From IMG/VR virus record IMGVR_UViG_3300032325_000464, positions 1-64,000 of that record: 64,000 nt of DNA; one strand, given 5' to 3'. The notes beneath the pieces were generated by a model. It was not told where the DNA came from and searched no databases. It was given only the letters and a program-made list of their open reading frames with translations. The position numbers and the translations under genes were made by a program. This document shows positions 51,836 to 60,752 of this stretch, in pieces. How positions within the stretch are numbered: position 1 is the first letter of the stretch; each line of letters opens with the position of its first letter. This DNA comes from a virus.

Positions 51836-52040
51836 TTATCCACAGATTTTTTGTAGTTATTCACAGTTTTGTATTAGTTATCCACAGTTTTTTAATAGTT
51901 TTAAAAAATTTACACAATCGTAACAATTGATTTTATATATTTTGTTGCTTTTGGCTTTTTTATGTGTATAATATCTATATATATTAAATAATAAAAGATA
52001 TGTTAACTAGCTTTATAGCTTTATATATTATATATAATAA
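51836..52040. promoter_or_regulatory. oriC-like element: three DnaA boxes, an OmpR-type box and an AT-rich tract
   Basis: TTATCCACA 51836, TTATTCACA 51857, TTATCCACA 51878; TTTACA-N5-GTAACA 51909-51925; very AT-rich to 52040. Confidence 0.65.
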
Positions 52041-52062
52041 TCGGTTTTAAGTTTTCGCAGTT

Positions 52063-52347
52063 TTACTTCTGACGAGATACGTAGTTGATAAACATTTCTG
52101 TTAGATGATCTAGTTTAGAATCTAGCTTTTCGTGATATTCTTCACCTTTTATATTTTGATTCTTTAGACTAACTATATCTCGTTCTAGCCTATTAACCTG
52201 ATCTTTCATTGATGATCCACCGTTAGGCTTTAGCTCTTGAAGCACGTCTTTTAGATAGTGGCGTATCGCCCACCTGACAGAAACACCGATGATTGTTAAA
52301 ATTGATAGGGTTGTAAGGGTTAGGCCTAGCCAGTCTTGAATTGTCAT
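52063..52347 (-). CDS. Single-TM holin-like membrane protein
   Basis: N-terminal TM then ELKPNGGSSMKDQVNRLE, a motif common in actinophage lysis-region proteins. Confidence 0.6.
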   Translation of the reverse strand: MTIQDWLGLTLTTLSILTIIGVSVRWAIRHYLKDVLQELKPNGGSSMKDQVNRLERDIVSLKNQNIKGEEYHEKLDSKLDHLTEMFINYVSRQK

Positions 52348-52524
52348 GATAATACAATTATAAGTGATTTTTTTTATATATAGAATATAAAGTTCGCGGC
52401 TATAAGTTCAAAATTAAAAACGAAAAATTCGGCGGAATAAGAGATACTACACACATATCTACAAGTAATGAATGCAAGCATTCTCTATGTAGACAAGGTG
52501 AGAATTTTATGGTATTATTGCTGT

Positions 52525-52743
52525 ATGGCTTCTGGAGACGATAAGAAAAAAGATGTGGTGTTCTTTGACTTATTTGATCCGAGGCAGCCTAGAAGCGACA
52601 GAGAGCTAATAGAGGCACGTTTAGCAATTTGCAATGAATGTCCCTGGCTAGATAAAAGATTAACAAAATGTCGACAGTGTGGCTGCTTTATGAAACTAAA
52701 GTCTACATTAAAACAGGCCTCGTGCCCTTTAGAGAAATGGTGA
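52525..52743 (+). CDS. Cys-rich DUF6171-like protein (leaderless start MASG)
   Basis: RLAICNEC..CRQCGCFM..CPLEKW; TGGTATTAT 6 nt before ATG. Confidence 0.75.
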   Translation: MASGDDKKKDVVFFDLFDPRQPRSDRELIEARLAICNECPWLDKRLTKCRQCGCFMKLKSTLKQASCPLEKW

Positions 52744-52934
52744 GTATGGAAAAAGAAAAAGTAGTCGAAATGATGACTAATTTTGTAATTAATCTAAATA
52801 GAGAAGAAATGGCTAAAACTGGTCAACTAAATCAAACCCAGATAGATCAAATGATTCAGCAAGTAACAGAGTCAATCTATATGATTAACTCAAAAATATA
52901 TGATCTGCTAGATGATAATGGAATTATTTCATAA
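52737..52934 (+). CDS. Hypothetical protein
   Basis: Coupled ORF. Confidence 0.55.
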   Translation: MVSMEKEKVVEMMTNFVINLNREEMAKTGQLNQTQIDQMIQQVTESIYMINSKIYDLLDDNGIIS

Positions 52935-53116
52935 TGGTAGATAAGGTCCCATATGTAAAAGATTATCAGAATAAAGCAGTTCTGGAATCATATCTAGTAA
53001 AAGGTTATGGATCAAGAGAGATTGCTAAAGACTATCATGTATCATATAAGCTTGTTAATTTATGGTTGTTACAACATGGACTCATCAGACCAACGTCAGA
53101 GCTGGCTCTTCCGTAA
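52934..53116 (+). CDS. Small HTH DNA-binding protein
   Basis: SREIAKDYHVSYKLVNLWL..HG. Confidence 0.65.
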   Translation: MVDKVPYVKDYQNKAVLESYLVKGYGSREIAKDYHVSYKLVNLWLLQHGLIRPTSELALP

Positions 53117-53137
53117 TACCGTTGAAAATTAAAAACT

Positions 53138-53233
53138 ATGTTTAATAAGATATTATATATTGCAGGAGCTGTTATTGTTCTATACCTATGGATAGGCACA
53201 TTCCATAGTTTTGTTAACTATTTAGCATTTTAG
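53138..53233 (+). CDS. Small membrane peptide
   Basis: MFNKILYIAGAVIVLYLWIGTFHSFVNYLAF. Confidence 0.4.
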   Translation: MFNKILYIAGAVIVLYLWIGTFHSFVNYLAF

Positions 53234-53354
53234 TTGTTTTTGCATTTGCAATTATCGCATTTGCATTCAGACTTAATTTCATTAGCAACATCTGGTATAG
53301 ACATTATTTGCTTCCAGGGTTATTCTTGCCACAAGTGCAGTTACCATCACACAT
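53230..53354 (-). CDS. Two coupled Cys-rich micropeptides
   Basis: MCDGNCTCGKNNPGSK (53304-53354) and MSIPDVANEIKSECKCDNCKCKNN (53230-53304); GAAAGGA RBS and TATAAT promoter. Confidence 0.55.
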
Positions 53355-53602
53355 AATAGATCCTTTCGTTAGTTCTATTATACATCAGAGCTGATTCGTA
53401 TACCGCCAAAATCTGAAAAATTTTAAATTTACCAAAATCTGAATATTTTGTAGTTATGTATGATACATGATCGGTATAAGAAACACAAACTTTTTTAGTG
53501 CGCACACATTTACGGGCTTGTTTTTATTTTATCCTTGCGCTACCCGTACGACCCTTTTGTTTAGCAGTAGTGCCACCCTTTTCTATGCGACTACCGCCAG
53601 CC

Positions 53603-54168
53603 CTAACTTTTTTGCTTACGCAATTCACCACACTTGACTAGGTCGTGTCCCTTGTTCCATTGCTTACGGTCAAGGTAATAACTCAGAACAGTAGTCTGTT
53701 CGTATTCGCAATTTGAACACTTAGTTTTTCTCCACATTGTTGTTGTTGTCATTAGTTATTTTCCTTTTCTGTTAGTGCGATTGTTAGTGAGGTGATACCG
53801 CTAATGGCTTGGTCAAATTCTTCCCAAGTGTCGAATGTTAGGACTACCATTTTCTAATTGACCCCTTTGCTTTTGCTAATGATGTGAGCATTGACAATTC
53901 ACGCTCAAACTCTGATGTGATGTTCCAATCACTATCTTCTGCTATCTTGAGATAAGCCTCTAGAGTTTTCTCTAGTTGGGCTAATGACATCTTCATAAAA
54001 TCTGATGAAGTAGCGTATCTGTTCATACTAATTACACTCTCCATAAGCCTCGAAGCAGTATTCGCAACATTCCTGCTGGAATTCTTCTACATACACTCTT
54101 GGAGTGTAGTTGTCGCAGATTTCACACATTGCTACATCTGCTACATTTATCTTTAGTAAGTTCATCAT
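53603..54168 (-). CDS. Leftward early operon of four small ORFs
   Basis: 54028-54168 (CxxC..CCxxC), 53844-54026, 53752-53850, 53603-53752; AAGGAG RBS; tight coupling. Confidence 0.65.
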
Positions 54169-54443
54169 TCTGAACTCCTTTCTTTCTAACTACTTATACA
54201 CTATCACCACCTACCGACATTTATGCTCATTTTACTAAACATTTTTATACAAACTTTTGCCCTCTTTTTTGTAGGGTATCTACAAGAACGACACGCCCGA
54301 GTGAGCGCGGGCCTGTGGATAACTATGTGTATAACTCTTTATAAGAACGTTATAAAAAACCCCCTAATTCCTGGCGTGTCGCTTGACAAATGTCGTAGGC
54401 CTATGATAGATTTTTACTAACAACAAAAGAAAAGGATAATCAA

Positions 54444-54858
54444 ATGACAGTAGAAGTAATGTTTCACGATGGTTCAGCAATCTACCCTAGCTATGACCCA
54501 GAACACCGCAAAACTATTTTAGAATTCTACGCTAACCTTTTTGATAAGGGTGAAATTATGTCTTGGAAGGTAATCTAATGATGAGTCGCAAAGACTATGA
54601 GGCAATTGCCGAAATAATCAAAACATACAATCTACAACTTCCAGAAATTACTTTGGAAAGTATTGTGAATGACTTTTGTGAAATGCTAACAGAAGATAAC
54701 CCACGGTTTGACGCTAACCGTTTTCGTGTTGCTGCTATGGAGGTAAACTAATGATGTTTTACAACGGATTCAATCTAATGATTGACCTAATACTAATTGC
54801 TGTTGTGTATGTAATTGCTCACGGCATTGGATACCGCAAAAATAAAACACCATTCTAA
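54444..54858 (+). CDS. Early module 1: three small ORFs
   Basis: 54444-54578, 54578-54751 (MSRKDY..DNPRFD.NRF), 54751-54858 (TM peptide ending KTPF); TAATG coupling. Confidence 0.7.
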
Positions 54859-55020
54859 CGGCGTGTTGATTTGACAGATCCCTCGAAAGAGGGCGCGGGC
54901 CTGTGGATAACCCTGTGAACAACTCCGTTATGAACTTGTTATGAAACACCCCAAAAGTATGCCAGAAATGTCAGTGGTTTGTGATAGGGTTTTTAGTAAG
55001 CCAAAAGAAAGGAATACCAA

Positions 55021-55589
55021 ATGGATAAGATGTGTGTTTACTGCGAGAGTGTTTTCACTAACGATACTATTGTTTGCCACAACTGTAATGAGTATGACGG
55101 AATGATGCCGTTGGAAAAAGCGGTTGACTATCTCAACCTTGACCCTAATGACTTTTACTAAAATGTCAGACCCCTATACTAAGTTTATAGTAATCAGAAA
55201 GGATAACAGATGAAGCAATCAGTAATCACAGACACCACCATAAGCACTATTGTTGCTAAGGCAGAAGATGTCATTGACAGACCTCTAACCTACATGGAGA
55301 ACGCACTTATAGAGTATGTAGTTGACCAGATTCGTTTAGGGTTGGTAGAGAAATGACAATCGAAGAACTAGAAACTTTGATTTACCAAATTGACCTAATG
55401 CTAACTGAAAGTGTTAGCCAACTATTCACAACACCAGAGGAGAAATAAATGGAACTAGGTTTGATTCTTATTTTTATTGCTGTTGGCGTTTCAATTTTTG
55501 TTGGAACTTCGGTTGCCACAATTTTATTTTTGCTACAAGAAAATAACAGACTTGGCGAAGAGCTAGAAAAAAACGAAACCCCATTCTAA
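55021..55589 (+). CDS. Early module 2: four small ORFs
   Basis: 55021-55161 (CxxC..CxxC), 55210-55356, 55353-55448, 55449-55589 (TM peptide ending ETPF); AAAGGA RBSs. Confidence 0.7.
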
Positions 55590-55713
55590 ACGACACGCCC
55601 GAGAGGGCGCGGCCCATCGCAGGATAATAAATAACCTTAAGAATATTTTAAGATCTCCCCCAAAATGTCCTAGGTTAGTGATAAGATAATCTTATTAACG
55701 AAAGGAAACCCCA

Positions 55714-56235
55714 ATGACTAACCATGTAGAGATTTATTCAGAGATTGCAAGTCGTGCAACATTCGGCCAGGTAGAGCAGGCAACTAAGTGGTACCTTGAC
55801 GCAGAGACAGTAGCACGTGAAGTTGCAGCCAACCTAGGCGTGACACTTGAAGTAGGTGCAACTATTGTTTCAGCATTCAGCCCTCGTGAGCGCTGGGCAC
55901 GTAATGTTTCTAATGCTATCAAGTTTTCACTAGGCGAACATGTTACCGCTCTAGGCAATAACATTCGCATGGCTAACGCTGCATTTGACTTAGGCTTCAA
56001 GGCTTTGAATGGTCAGAAGACTAATGCATTTGCTAAGGCTATTGCAGGCAATGAAGAATCAGTTGTGATTGACGTATGGATGTTGCGAGCAGTTGGTATT
56101 GAGAAGAAGACACCTAACCAGTCTGGCTATAACGAACTTGCTAAAGCAGTGACTACTGTTGCAGTTAAGCATGGCATGACACCACGTGCAATGCAAGCCC
56201 TAATCTGGATTGTTGTTAGAGGAAGTGGAGAGTGA
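55714..56235 (+). CDS. Alpha-helical DNA-glycosylase-like (DUF7178-like) protein
   Basis: WY..A, SAFSPRERW..N, KT.AF, VIDVWMLRA, QALIW. Confidence 0.6.
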   Translation: MTNHVEIYSEIASRATFGQVEQATKWYLDAETVAREVAANLGVTLEVGATIVSAFSPRERWARNVSNAIKFSLGEHVTALGNNIRMANAAFDLGFKALNGQKTNAFAKAIAGNEESVVIDVWMLRAVGIEKKTPNQSGYNELAKAVTTVAVKHGMTPRAMQALIWIVVRGSGE

Positions 56236-56272
56236 TTGACAACAAAACCCTAGTATGGGATAATGGTAAGTA

Positions 56273-56407
56273 GTGGAGTATTATATTTGGTTGCCAGTAT
56301 TTGTTTTGTTGTTTTTACTTTTGCTTTTTGCCCTGCTTCCAATTTTTGTTGGCATAATTTTCTTTCTAGAATATTTGGCAGAAATATTTAGCAAAATAAA
56401 AAGCTGA
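56273..56407 (+). CDS. Very hydrophobic membrane peptide
   Basis: MEYYIWLPVFVLLFLLLLFALLPIFVGIIFFLEYLAEIFSKIKS after a TTGACA-N17-GATAAT promoter. Confidence 0.5.
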   Translation: MEYYIWLPVFVLLFLLLLFALLPIFVGIIFFLEYLAEIFSKIKS

Positions 56408-56526
56408 CAGACACTCACCGATCTGGAGGGCGCGGCACTTTTTCTATCAGAAGTCAATTACGTTATGCATTAAAAATCTCCTAGAATATCCCCCAAAATG
56501 TCTGATGGTCATGCTAAGATAAATCT

Positions 56527-56682
56527 ATGAAGCTAGGAAAAGGTAATGAGGCAAGACGTAAGGCAGAAAGCCAAGCGCTATTCTTTACTATGCTCAAAGC
56601 CCCTCACCTAGTAGCAACCCCCAAGAAATACAAAGGAAGCCGTCAGTCTAACAAGGCTAAGGCAATAAAGGAAAGTGAATAA
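56527..56682 (+). CDS. Small basic leaderless protein
   Basis: MKLGKGNEARRK...PKKYKGSRQSNK; ATG 6 nt after TAAGAT. Confidence 0.6.
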   Translation: MKLGKGNEARRKAESQALFFTMLKAPHLVATPKKYKGSRQSNKAKAIKESE

Positions 56683-56822
56683 TGTACAGTTATATCTGTC
56701 AGGATTGTAATCGCTTTATCAACGGAGTTGAGACAATTTACTCCTATGCCCTCAAAAATGTCTGTGGCAGATGTTATGCTATTCAGGCAGGACACCCCTC
56801 AACAAGAAAGCTGGTAAAGTAA
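56682..56822 (+). CDS. Small zinc-finger protein
   Basis: CQDC..CGRC; coupled both sides. Confidence 0.55.
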   Translation: MYSYICQDCNRFINGVETIYSYALKNVCGRCYAIQAGHPSTRKLVK

Positions 56823-57016
56823 TGCCAAAGTATAATGTAGCAGTTCAGTTATCAGGTAATGATGGAAACGCATTCTCAGTAATGGGAGCCGTAAAGTCTG
56901 CCCTCAAAAAAGCTGGAGCAAGTAGAGAAGAACTTGACGAATACGTATCAGACTCAATGTCTGGCGACTATGACAACTTATTGCGTGTAGCAATGGAATG
57001 GGTAAAGGTAAAGTAA
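56822..57016 (+). CDS. Small protein (DGNAF..SGDYDNLL motif)
   Basis: Motif recognised from phage/ICE hypothetical proteins; coupled start. Confidence 0.7.
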   Translation: MPKYNVAVQLSGNDGNAFSVMGAVKSALKKAGASREELDEYVSDSMSGDYDNLLRVAMEWVKVK

Positions 57017-57297
57017 TGGGAATGATGACAGCAATGGACTTGGCAGGTAGCGAAGTCTCATTAGAGCAACAACTATCAATTCACTTTAGTAGCAACTGTT
57101 ATCCACCAATTCCACAACAGATGATTCCAACAGCTATTGCAGCGATTGACGCTTGTTGGGAAGAAGACTATGACTTGATGATACCGTTGCCAGATGGAGT
57201 ATCTTTCAGAGGACAGACTGAAGTGTCTGCTAGAAATGTTGTTGAGTCTTACAGGCTTGACGCCTGGTTGGTTGATTACTACGAAGATGAAGAGTAG
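57016..57297 (+). CDS. Acidic hypothetical protein (H..NCYPPIP)
   Basis: Coupled ORF. Confidence 0.7.
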   Translation: MGMMTAMDLAGSEVSLEQQLSIHFSSNCYPPIPQQMIPTAIAAIDACWEEDYDLMIPLPDGVSFRGQTEVSARNVVESYRLDAWLVDYYEDEE

Positions 57298-57507
57298 CTA
57301 ACGCTGCCCCAGAAATGGGGCGCGGCCCAGGATCAGTCAAAAGTCAAACCGACACGCCCTTAAGAAGATAACAATTTATTCCCCAAATCGTTATAATTAT
57401 TTTGCCTTTGGGGGTAGATAAATGTCGGTGGTTAGTGGTAAAATAAACCTATCAACAAAAGTTGGTAATAAAAACAAAACAGTCCCTCTGGGGCGGAACG
57501 GAAGCAA

Positions 57508-57660
57508 ATGTCAAACGCAACTCTAACTGTTGGCTCACAGTTCACCACTCTAAAGTCTGGAGTATCAGGCACAATTCAGGAAATCGTAAACAACAAGAAC
57601 GGCACTCAGCGTGTTCGCCTTGATGTAAACGGACAGCCACGCTGGACTACTGTAAAGTAA
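57508..57660 (+). CDS. Small beta-barrel (SH3-like) protein
   Basis: MSNATLTVGSQFTTLKSGVSGTIQEI...RWTTVK. Confidence 0.6.
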   Translation: MSNATLTVGSQFTTLKSGVSGTIQEIVNNKNGTQRVRLDVNGQPRWTTVK

Positions 57661-57808
57661 TAAACTAATTATTGTTGTGGCGTTAGACTACATAAAAGGG
57701 TGAATCAGAGTCTAGTTGAGAACCCCTGCCACTAACAATAAATGTCAGACCCTAATGATAAAATAATGAAGTAAACAAAACCCCACAAGTAAAGGAAGCA
57801 ATAAAATT

Positions 57809-58258
57809 ATGGCTAGAACTATGTCAGTAAAAATCCCTGTATCCGCACTAATCTCAGACATTGAGAAGTCTATTGCCAAGATTGACGAAGCAATTACAAA
57901 CTACGCATCAGACCGAAAGAAGTATGAGGTAGATGTTGCCGCATACAAAGAAAGTGTTGCTGAGTTTGTTTCTAATTTCATTAGCAAGAACGCATCAAGC
58001 ATTGGCTATGACTACGAAAGTCTAATCCGTATCAACCACGCTTACAATGGCAAGGTAGAGTTGATACTTGACAAGGACTCCATTGAGGGTTTCCCTGAGA
58101 AGCCAGAAGAGCCAAGCAAGCCAAATGAGAAAGAGTGGTTTGGTCGTGAACACCAGACACGCAAACAAATCCTAGAGCGTAATCTCAAGGTGCTGCGTAT
58201 GACTACACAGGAAGAAGTTTCTGCTAGTTCATACTCCTCAGTAATGGAACTAATCTAA
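57809..58258 (+). CDS. Hypothetical protein
   Basis: AAAGGA RBS; own TGTC promoter. Confidence 0.75.
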   Translation: MARTMSVKIPVSALISDIEKSIAKIDEAITNYASDRKKYEVDVAAYKESVAEFVSNFISKNASSIGYDYESLIRINHAYNGKVELILDKDSIEGFPEKPEEPSKPNEKEWFGREHQTRKQILERNLKVLRMTTQEEVSASSYSSVMELI

Positions 58259-58506
58259 ATAATCAAACAACCTGAGCAAGTTGTAAAACTGCTTCCCGAA
58301 TTGGGGTAGCGACTAGACGGGTAAAATAATTTCGCTCCACATCCCCCTCACAAAAGCTGAAGATCGCAAGATCACAAATACTGAGAGGGGGAAAAGGTGG
58401 GCGCGGCCCCCATAACGAATTGGTAACAAGTTTAAGAAACACTATTAAGAGCCCTTGTAAATGTCAGTGGTTGGCTGTAAAATATAGCTATAACGAAAGG
58501 AACCCC

Positions 58507-59309
58507 ATGGACGAGCAAGCAGAAGAAATCAAACAGGACCTAGCCGACTACTATGCTAACCCACAAGAATACACACTCTTTGACTTTGAGGAAATCTTTC
58601 AGGACAGGGACCCATTTGAATTCCTATAATGTCGTAGGGTCCTGGTAGAATTCAAACAAATAACGAAAGGAAAATAATGAGCTTACTAAATAACATTGGA
58701 TACGTTTCCTATGACGGAAACTATGGAGCTGAAGCGGACCTACTAGTTTTCGACAGCAATGACCTCACTCTACAACAGTGGGAAACCCTAGGTGAGATAA
58801 ACGACAACTCTAGGTATGAGTATGTTGAAGCTATTTTTGCAGGTAAAGACCTATCTGAGTGGGAGGGCTAATGCTACGTACAGATGAGACTTACTGGAAA
58901 ATCAAAGAGTACACAGATGAGGCCAAGGGTATAGCTTGGGACACATGTCACAAAATTTATATTCTTATGGATGACAATCAGGTAGCGCTAATGCGTGAGT
59001 ATGAATATGACCCAATCATCACGTCAGAACAAATAAACCCAGCCGAAATGGCAACGGTTGCAGCTGTTTGGTTTGAAAAGTCTTGTGCACTAAGATTTGT
59101 AAATGCAGTCTACAGTGATACTTCAATTGGACACGAGGGTTTTGTCAACGTCATTGCGCAGTTTGAAGGCGATGAAGAAGAAGACGATGAATATGATGAG
59201 GATGAAGATGAGTAATATTTGGGAGCCAGCTCCAGGTGGAGTCTGGGATAGCTTCTTCCGTGAAGCAGGCTTTGACAATGGAGATAGCGAAGACGACGAA
59301 GACCTGTAG
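58507..59309 (+). CDS. Cluster of four highly acidic small proteins
   Basis: 58507-58629, 58677-58871, 58871-59215 (WDTCHKIY), 59208-59309. Confidence 0.7.
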
Positions 59310-59501
59310 TGCATTCCCTTACTTCCTTTCTGGAATGTACTACCGTCCTGGCCATGACGTAAATCTGGCCACCTTTTGTGCGCGGCCCACTTAACAGATC
59401 CATAACAACTTTAAGAAGAATTAAGATGTTTCCCTAAAACCCCTTGTAAATGTCGGTGGGTAGCTGTAAAATGATACTACCCGAAAAGAAAGGAACCCCC
59501 A

Positions 59502-60005
59502 ATGGGAACCAGAAACCTAACAGTAGTAAAGAATAAAGCAGGGAAAAACAAGATTGCTCAATACGGACAATGGGACGGCTACCCAAGTTATTCAGGTGTT
59601 CAAGCCCTAGCATTTCTAAGAGACGAAGGCAACCAAGCCCTGCTACAAGCAAAGCTAGACCTTGTCCAGTTTGTTGGTGATGAGGAAGTAGATACCCTGT
59701 ATAAGCAGTATGAAACTACCGATTGGGAGAATAAAGATTTCCTAAACGCATACCCTGGACTTCACAGAGATACTGGTGTTGGTATCCTATCAGTAGTTGC
59801 TAACGCTGTTGCTCCTGTCAAGACTGTTGATAACACAGAGTTTGCTAAAGATGAATTGTTTTGTGAAGGTATCTTTGAGGTAGACTTCAAGACTAACAAG
59901 TTTATTACTGTCTATGCTGACAAGAAGGTTGAGTTTGACCTTGCCACTCTACCAACAGATGAAGAATACCTAGCCCAGTGGGAAGTGCAGCAAGTTGCTT
60001 CATAA
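59502..60005 (+). CDS. Phage protein with MGTR...QY.QWDGYP motif
   Basis: Motif recognition; RBS. Confidence 0.75.
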   Translation: MGTRNLTVVKNKAGKNKIAQYGQWDGYPSYSGVQALAFLRDEGNQALLQAKLDLVQFVGDEEVDTLYKQYETTDWENKDFLNAYPGLHRDTGVGILSVVANAVAPVKTVDNTEFAKDELFCEGIFEVDFKTNKFITVYADKKVEFDLATLPTDEEYLAQWEVQQVAS

Positions 60006-60602
60006 TCTAGATACCAAATACCTAACAGGGGACATCGCAAAGGATGTTCAGTTTATAAAAGATAACCTTAGTATTGATGACGAAGAGTTCTTTAGAAGGG
60101 CTATGGCTAACATAATGTCTGAGGGTAATGCTAGAATTGACTTACTTACTGGAGAGGAACTAAACAAACTATGAAGAAAACTTGGCAAGTAGAGTATAGT
60201 GCTACCTATTGGGTAGAAGCAGAAACAGAAGATGAAGCAATTGAATTGGCTATTGAATCACACGCTGACCTACCAGACGGTAGTTGGGAAGCAATGATTG
60301 ACCCCTATGATAGCAACAACTTCAATACGCTAGGAGAAAAGTGATTATCGAATGCCCCAACCATGAGGGCAACTTTGACTGTACACCATTTTGCAATTTG
60401 TGTGAAGGAGAACAAGAGTATGTCAGTGAGTGAACTAGAACAAATCGGGTATGAAGAAGGAATGAAGGATACCTATGCTTACATTATCAATACTATACGT
60501 AAGGCAATAGAGAATCCTTCACTTGATGTCATACCGTCAAAAATGGCACTACAAGTCCTGTTGGCAAGTTTAGAAGCTGACAGGGAAGAGAGCACGGTCT
60601 AA
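59995..60602 (+). CDS. Four small coupled ORFs
   Basis: 59995-60174, 60171-60344 (VEAETEDEA), 60341-60433 (C-P-H/C..CxxC), 60420-60602. Confidence 0.6.
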
Positions 60603-60752
60603 GCTCCCCGAAAGGGGCGCGGCCCCAATATAACAGATCTATAACAACTTTAAGAACCTTAAGAATGTTTCCCCAGATGGCTTGACATTGTCGGTGGGTC
60701 ATGGGATAATAGTCTTACTAAACATTCACCCCTAAAAGAAAGTTGAACACAA

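Larger units (their letters stand above)
54198..60710. promoter_or_regulatory. Family of 14 TGTCNN-N10-TANNNT promoters (PafBC/RecA-NDp-like)
   Basis: TGTC starts at 54219(-), 54391, 54969, 55164, 55666, 56499, 56759, 57423, 57743, 58462, 58630, 59451, 60116, 60689 (last has GATAAT). Confidence 0.85.

Noticed and set aside
58260-58400. tRNA gene in the structured intergenic region
   Set aside because: No T-loop GTTCRA or cloverleaf could be built.
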